A DNA stretch of 64,000 bases from Eimeria praecox (Eukaryota): assembly GCA_963920595.1 (NCBI GenBank), contig OY986946.1, positions 558,001 to 622,000 on the forward strand. The letters are read 5' to 3'. Position numbers and translations under genes: made by a program. The number at the start of each line of letters is the position of its first letter. Positions within the stretch are counted from its first letter, which is position 1. This document shows, piece by piece, positions 57,701-64,000 of the stretch. The notes beneath the pieces are model-generated. The model searched no databases and had not been told where the DNA came from. It was given only the letters and a program-made list of their open reading frames with translations.

Positions 57701-60700
57701 TCCAGCTCTTCCACTCGGGCTCCAAGAGGAGGCACTACACTAACAACCTCACGACCCGGACGCACAACGAAAGGTGAAGAAGATGAAGATGAAGATGAGG
57801 ATGACAGCACACGTACCACTGCAGCCCGCGCATCAAGATCGCCTCAAGGCAGCAGATCCAGCTCTTCCACTCGAGCTCCAAGGGGAGGCACTACACTGAC
57901 AACCTCACGACCCGGACGCACAACGAAAGGTGAAGAAGATGAAGATGAAGATGAGGATGACAGCACACGCACCACTGCAGCCCGCGCATCAAGATCGCCT
58001 CAAGGCAGCAGATCGACCTCTTCCACTCGGGCTCCAAGGGGAGGCACTACACTGACAACCTCACGACCCGGACGCACAACAAAAGGTGAAGAAGATGAAG
58101 ATGAAGATGAGGATGACAGCATACGCACCACTGCAGCCCGCCCATCAAGATCGCCTCAAGGCAGCAGATCCAGCTCTTCCACTCGGGCTCCAAGAGGAGG
58201 CACTACACTGACAACCTCACGACCCGGACGCACAACGAAAGGTGAAGAAGATGAAGATGAAGATGAGGATGACAGCACACGTACCACTGCCGCCCGCGCA
58301 TCAAGATCGCCTCAAGGCAGCAGATCCAGCTCTTCCACTCGGGCTCCAAGAGGAGGCACTACACTGACAACCTCACGACCCGGACGCACAACGAAAGGTG
58401 AAGAAGATGAAGATGAAGATGAGGATGATAGCACACGCACCACTGCCGCCCGCGCATCAAGATCGCCTCAAGGCAGCAGATCGACCTCTTCCACTCGGGC
58501 TCCAAGAGGAGGCACTACACTGACAACCACACGACCCGGACGCACAACAAAAGGTGAAGAAGATGAAGATGAAGATGAGGATGATAGCACACGCACCAGT
58601 GCAGCCCGCGCATCAAGGTCGCCTCAAGGCAGCAGATCGACCTCTTCCACTCGAGCTCCAAGGGGAGGCACTACACTGACAACCTCACGACCCGGACGCA
58701 CAACGAAAGGTGAAGAAGATGAAGATGAAGATGAGGATGATAGCACACGCACCACTGCAGCCCGCGCATCAAGATCGCCTCAAGGCAGCAGATCCAGCTC
58801 TTCCACTCGAGGTCCAAGGGGAGGCACTACACTGACAACCTCACGACGCGGACGCACAACGAAAGGTGAAGAAGATGAAGATGAAGATGAGGATGACAGC
58901 ACACGCACCACTGCAGCCCGCGCATCAAGATCGCCTCAAGGCAGCAGATCCAGCTCTTCCACTCGGGCTCCAAGGGGAGGCACTACACTGGCAACCTCAC
59001 GACCCGGACGCACAACGAGGGCAGAAGGCAGGGAGGAAGATGAAGATGGTAGTAATAGTACCACACGGGCAGGTGGAGCCCGTTCCCAGCGAGGTCGTGG
59101 AGCGGCTGGGTCCTCCTCTCGCAGCCGAGATGGCGCACCAGGGAGCGGATCCAGTGAAGGGGAAGGAGAGGGGATAAGAGAGGGAGACTCTTCCCAGAAG
59201 AAAGGTGAGACTGCGTCCGACGCTGCTGCTTCTACCAGCTCACGAGGAGGCCGAAGGCCTACACGGGGTGAGGGAGGAGGAAGCACAGAGGCGAAGAGAA
59301 GACCAGCGCGGCGATCTTCGCCTTCACGAGGAACCGGTGGAGGAGGGGAAGGCGGAAAAGCCAAAGATCGAGCTGCTCCAACTAAGGTCATCCCGAACGG
59401 CACGCGCGATATGCGGAAACTGAGAGTTGTTGTGAATGGGTTCGAGTCGAATGTTGTTGAAGTCATCAAGGCTAAAAGAGGTTTCATCTATAAAATAGAT
59501 AACATTCTTCCCTTCAGGTGGAACCCCGGGCCATCCATAGTCAATTTCTTCCATGAAGTCCCCGAATACGCCAAGTTGGATTTCTTCGTACAAAAGCTTC
59601 CCCGAGAACTGCGAGACCAGGCGCGTTGCCGAGATTACCTGCATCATCACATCTAATCCGTTAACGTTTAATATGAGCATGTCCTTTGGTCTGTCATGTG
59701 GTCTTCTTCACGTTCGGCATGCGATAGCATCCTGTCTGGCCTGGTATTTGATGGGACCCCTTCTAGGTTGCTACATTATTTTTCGTGGACATTCCGTATG
59801 CCAATGTAATTGCTTTTCTCTTGCACGTTTCTTGCCGTTCCCGATGTGTACTCCATGCATCCGTAGTGAAGGATGCGCTGCTGTCTACTTGTTGCCGCTC
59901 CGTAAATCATGTATGCTGCACCTGCGTTACTCTATAAAGTGATCGCTTGTCGTTCTGTGTGTGCCCTATGTTCAGTGAAACCTGGTCCTTATGATTCGTC
60001 GTTGATGTCTTGTGTCTCCAGATGGCACGTTCTGGCCCCGTGACGGTCTTTGTGGTGAAGGACAGTGGATGGGTATTTCCGAATGGGCAGATGGTGCCGA
60101 AATGCGTATTTGACTCTCTTGGAAAGCCTGGCAACGAACACATCATCCAGGGCATCTTCCACTGGTTTGCCCTCCCAGGTGGGTTGCTGACAGTTACAGT
60201 TAGCAGCACGTCCCTGTCTTGTTCTTTGTCCCTGTTGTTGAGTATTTCATCGCTTGGTGCTTTACGTACAAACAAAAAGGTGACCAAGAAGCCACAACAG
60301 AATGCAAATATGCCGACCTTATGGTACTCAACTAACAGTGCGGCTCGAGCTGCTTTTTATCGCTCTTGGTCGTATCAGAGCTGCGTCTCTGAACTTGTCG
60401 GTTGTCTTCGCTTATGAAAGAGGAGGGTCGCCAAAGCAGAACAGCCTCCTCGGGCTAGCGCACCCGTGCCCCGTGTCACATATGTTGTATTACAGGGCTT
60501 TTTCCAAGAAAACTCATTGAGAATCGGGATTGGCTGCCTGTGCTAGGCAACCCACCTAAACTAGCGGTCGCCCACCTCAGGCGTCCGTGCCCCCCAGGTG
60601 GCCCCAAAAAGCGCCCAACAACTACAACTACAACAACTACAACGGTAGCATCGACACAGTCCAAACAAAGCACTACAGGCACAGGTGGCAGACGTACGCG

Positions 60701-63700
60701 GCCACATGAAGCAGGTGTCGATGGAATGCAAGCCAACGCTGCCAAGCCCGGAGAGGGAACCACTAGCTCGCGAAGCCAGCGCAACTCTGCCCGATCCCGG
60801 GCTGATAACTCAACTGGGGAGGCACCAGAAGCGAGAGGAAGAACAGCTGCTACCTCAGGAGATGAATCTGGAGTAGAGGGGAGGGAGCGGCCCCCCTCAG
60901 AGTTGCGGCGAGGAGAAAATGCAGGCAACCGAACGCGCAGCACCACAACTCCTCCCGATAGCGGCTCTGCAACCAGCAGGAGGACGAGGCCCTCCACCAC
61001 CCCACGCAGCGAAGACTCGGTCACGAGTAGGAGGACAAGATCAACCACAGGCTCAGAAGATGAGGATTCTGCCACAAGTAGGCCATCAACAGCTACGACT
61101 ACACCATCTAGAGGGGATTCCGCCACACACAGAAGAACACGACCTCCTACTACAGGGTCCAGCACCGACTCTGCCACCAGCAGAAGAACGAGGCCGGCAG
61201 CAGCAACAACAAGAGAAGCTTCTGTCACAACCAGACGAGCAAGACCTACAACCACCCCATCATCTGAGGCCTCTGAGGAACCGGGAGTGACACGATCGGC
61301 GACAACTTCACCAGACGAAGGGTCGCTCACCACTGGGAGAAGAAGAGCCACGACAGTCCAATCAGATGAAACCACCATGGTCGCCAGAAGAACCAGACCT
61401 ACAGTAGCGACCTCAACAGGTGAAAATTCAGTCGCCAGAAGAAGAACAAGGTCAACAACAACCGCGGCAGGTGGTGACTCTGTGACAAGCAGAACTAGAC
61501 CTACTACAACAGATGAGGACTCTATGACAACCAGAAGAACGGGACCTACTACAACAGATGGGGACTCTGGGACAACCAGAAGAACGAGGCCTACTACAGC
61601 AGATGAGGACTCTATGACAACCAGAAGAACTAGGCCTACAACAGCAAATGGGGACTCTGGGACAACCAGGAGGACGAGACCTAATACAGCAGATGGGGAC
61701 TCTGTGACAACCAGAAGAACCAGGCCTACAACAGCAGATGAGGACTCTATGACAACCAGAAGGACGAGACCTACAACAGCAGATGAGGACTCTATTACAA
61801 CCAGAAGAACTAGGCCAACAACAGCAGATGGGGACTCTGTGACAACCAGGAAGACGAGACCTACTACAGCAGATGAGGACTCTATTACAACCAGAAGAAC
61901 TAGGCCTACAACAGCAGATGGGGACTCTGTGACAACCAGGAGGACGAGACCTACAACAGCAGATGGGGACTCTGTGACAACCAGGAGGACGAGGCCTACA
62001 ACAGCAGATGAGGACTCTATTACAACCAGAAGAACTAGGCCTACAACAGCAAATGGGGACTCTGGGACAACCAGGAGGACGAGACCTACTACAGCAGATG
62101 AGGACTCTGTGACAACCAGAAGAACCAGGCCTACAACAGCAGATGAGGACTCTATGACAACCAGAAGGACGAGGCCTACAACAGCAGATGAGGACTCTGG
62201 GACAACCAGGAGGACGAGGCCTACAACAGCAGATGAGGACTCTGTGACAACCAGAAGAACTAGGCCTACAACAGCAAATGGGGACTCTGTGACAACCAGA
62301 AGGACGAGGCCTACAACTGCAGATGAGGACTCTATTACAACCAGAAGAACTAGGCCTACAACAGCAAATGGGGACTCTATGACAACCAGGAGGACGAGAC
62401 CTACAACAGCAGATGGGGACTCTGTGACAACCAGAAGAACTAGGCCTACAACAGCAGATGAGGACTCTATGGCAACCAGAAGGACGAGGCCTACTACAGC
62501 AGATGAGGACTCTATTACAACCAGAAGAACTAGGCCTACTACAGCAGATGAGGACTCTGTGACAACCAGGAGGACGAGACCTACAGCAGTAGATGGGGAC
62601 TCTGTGACAACCAGAAGAACGAGGCCTACAACAGCAGATGAGGACTCTGTGACAAGCAGACCTGCTACAACGAATGCGGACTCTGTGGCAACCAGAAGAA
62701 CTAGGCCTACTACAATAGCAGGCGAGGAGTCTATTACAACCAGAAGGACGAGGCCTACAACTGCAGATGAGGACTCTATTACAACCAGAAGAACTAGGCC
62801 TACTACAACAGATGAGGACTCTATGACAACCAGAAGAACTAGGCCTACAACAGCAAATGGGGACTCTGTGACAACCAGGAGGATACGGACACCAACAGCC
62901 TCACCAGATGGAGAATCTGTCACAAGCAGAAGGGCAAGACCACCGTCAAGCCCATTGAATGAAGAATCTTCCACAGGCAAGGTTACACAAACCACCACTC
63001 AGACGGATGAGCCCTCAACCACGAGCAGACGAACCAGAACTGTCGCAGCAACACTTACAAGGCCAACTGCAACACCAGCAGGCGAGACCGCTGGAGTCAC
63101 AAGCCCAAGAACACGAGCTGCAACGCCGGTTTCTGATGAGGGTGGCGCCATAGAGAGGCGAACGCAACCAGCTGCACAGTCGTCCAGCAATGGCTTAGTG
63201 ACAAGCAGAAGGCCTCAAAGAGTCCCATTGACAACAAATGAGGACGCTGCTACATATCCGACGACACAGCTTACAACCCCGCCCCCGCATTCTAGGTCTG
63301 CAGGTAGCCGTGCCGGGTTAGAGCATACAACCATTTCAGTCATGCGGAGATCTGGAAATAGTGAACAACCGAGTGCAGCTCCAATGGCTAATGAGTCATC
63401 CTCAGTTGCAACGCGAACGCAGGTTCCACCTAGGGCCTCGGCTACCGATGATTCTCTGATTACAGCCGTTGTTTCTACAGCTAGCACCTCCACATCACCC
63501 GGGATATCTGAAGCCCCAACAACATCCAGTGGCACAAGTAAAGGTGTTGCAACCGCTCGCAGGTCAAGGCGCAGCACAGCTGCAGCAACTGATGCTGCTG
63601 CTCCAACGTCTTCGATTCGAGACGGGCTGCAAAACGCATCCGCCTTCTCTGGCGACGAGGAGCATGTGATGGAGGAATCTTCAGTTGAGGCTGAGGAAGG

Positions 63701-63999
63701 GACTTCCCAAAGAAGTCGTTCATTTGGGCCGGGAACCACGCGAAGTCCCAGTCAAGGAGGACCGCTTGCTTCTCGGCTGCCACGCTCAACTCCTGCGACG
63801 TCTGAAGAACAACAAGTGGAGGGGACTCAGGTCAGCACGACTGCACCGGGCTTCTCCGCTGGAATAACCACCGCCTTTACCTGGGGGAACTCGAGAGGTG
63901 AGATTATCAGCAGCAGGGGCAGGGTTTTCCGAGGGTCTGAATTTGCTAGTGAGGAGGCTGACGGACCTAGAGAAGAGAATACTTGCACACTCGGCCACT
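51723..63999 (+). CDS. Giant secreted fasciclin (FAS1)-domain protein with acidic and mucin-like repeat insertions (3' end beyond window)
   Basis: Exons 51723-52577, 52820-59620, 60022-60178 and 60496 to window end (no stop seen in the parts read; the ORF track lists no closed ORF in this frame). Recessed signal peptide WLCLAFLVLVAFF. FAS1 H1 ITLFAPTDEAL, H motif VMTHLV, H2 VVVNG..NVVEVIKAKRGFIYKIDNIL. A second FAS1 begins SIVNFFHEVPEYAKL..SGPVTVFVVKDSGW..IFHWFALPG. Confidence 0.8.
56087..59045 (+). repeat. Coding tandem repeat, 156 bp / 52 aa, 19 copies
   Basis: Unit DSTRTTAARASRSPQGSRSSSSTRAPRGGTTLTTSRPGRTTKGEEDEDEDED. Period measured 56211 to 56367. One degenerate copy upstream near 55920. 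Confidence 0.95.
61470..62885 (+). repeat. Coding tandem repeat, 45 bp / 15 aa, about 30 copies
   Basis: Unit ACAACCAGAAGAACTAGGCCTACAACAGCAGATGAGGACTCTATG = TTRRTRPTTADEDSM, with variants. Confidence 0.9.
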
Positions 64000-64000
64000 G

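Noticed and set aside
60476..62998. 840-aa hydrophobic minus-strand ORF (VVGLVLLVV repeats)
   Set aside because: Antisense shadow of the 45-bp coding repeat of the plus-strand FAS1 exon.

Overview
Eukaryotic, intron-rich DNA from a coccidian parasite, almost certainly Eimeria. The evidence is CAG homopolymer-encoding repeats, intronic telomere-like AAACCCT/TTTAGGG arrays, TGCATGCA octamers and gam oocyst-wall genes; the species cannot be fixed from this window. The left ~34.5 kb is repeat-rich and AT-rich, and the ORF track there is mostly noise. Reading splice sites by hand recovers four genes in it: a micro-exon BAR-like protein (-), a 21-exon TPR protein with a SPO22/ZIP4/TEX11-type C-terminal motif (-), a 3-exon helical hypothetical protein (-) and PNO1/DIM2 (+). 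The right part is repeat-poor. It holds most of a tandem gam82-gam56-gam59 cluster of tyrosine-rich oocyst-wall precursors (-) that straddles the boundary, USP14/Ubp6 (+), and a giant secreted fasciclin (FAS1) protein (+, runs off the end). The first FAS1 domain is split by a ~2150-aa repeat insertion, and the second appears interrupted at the equivalent loop. The most interesting signals are the hidden ZIP4-like meiotic gene, the split-FAS1 architecture, the possible sexual-stage clustering, and several splice-site duplications and repeat-derived introns. All gene models are manual and all homology calls are from recalled motifs; no database search was run.
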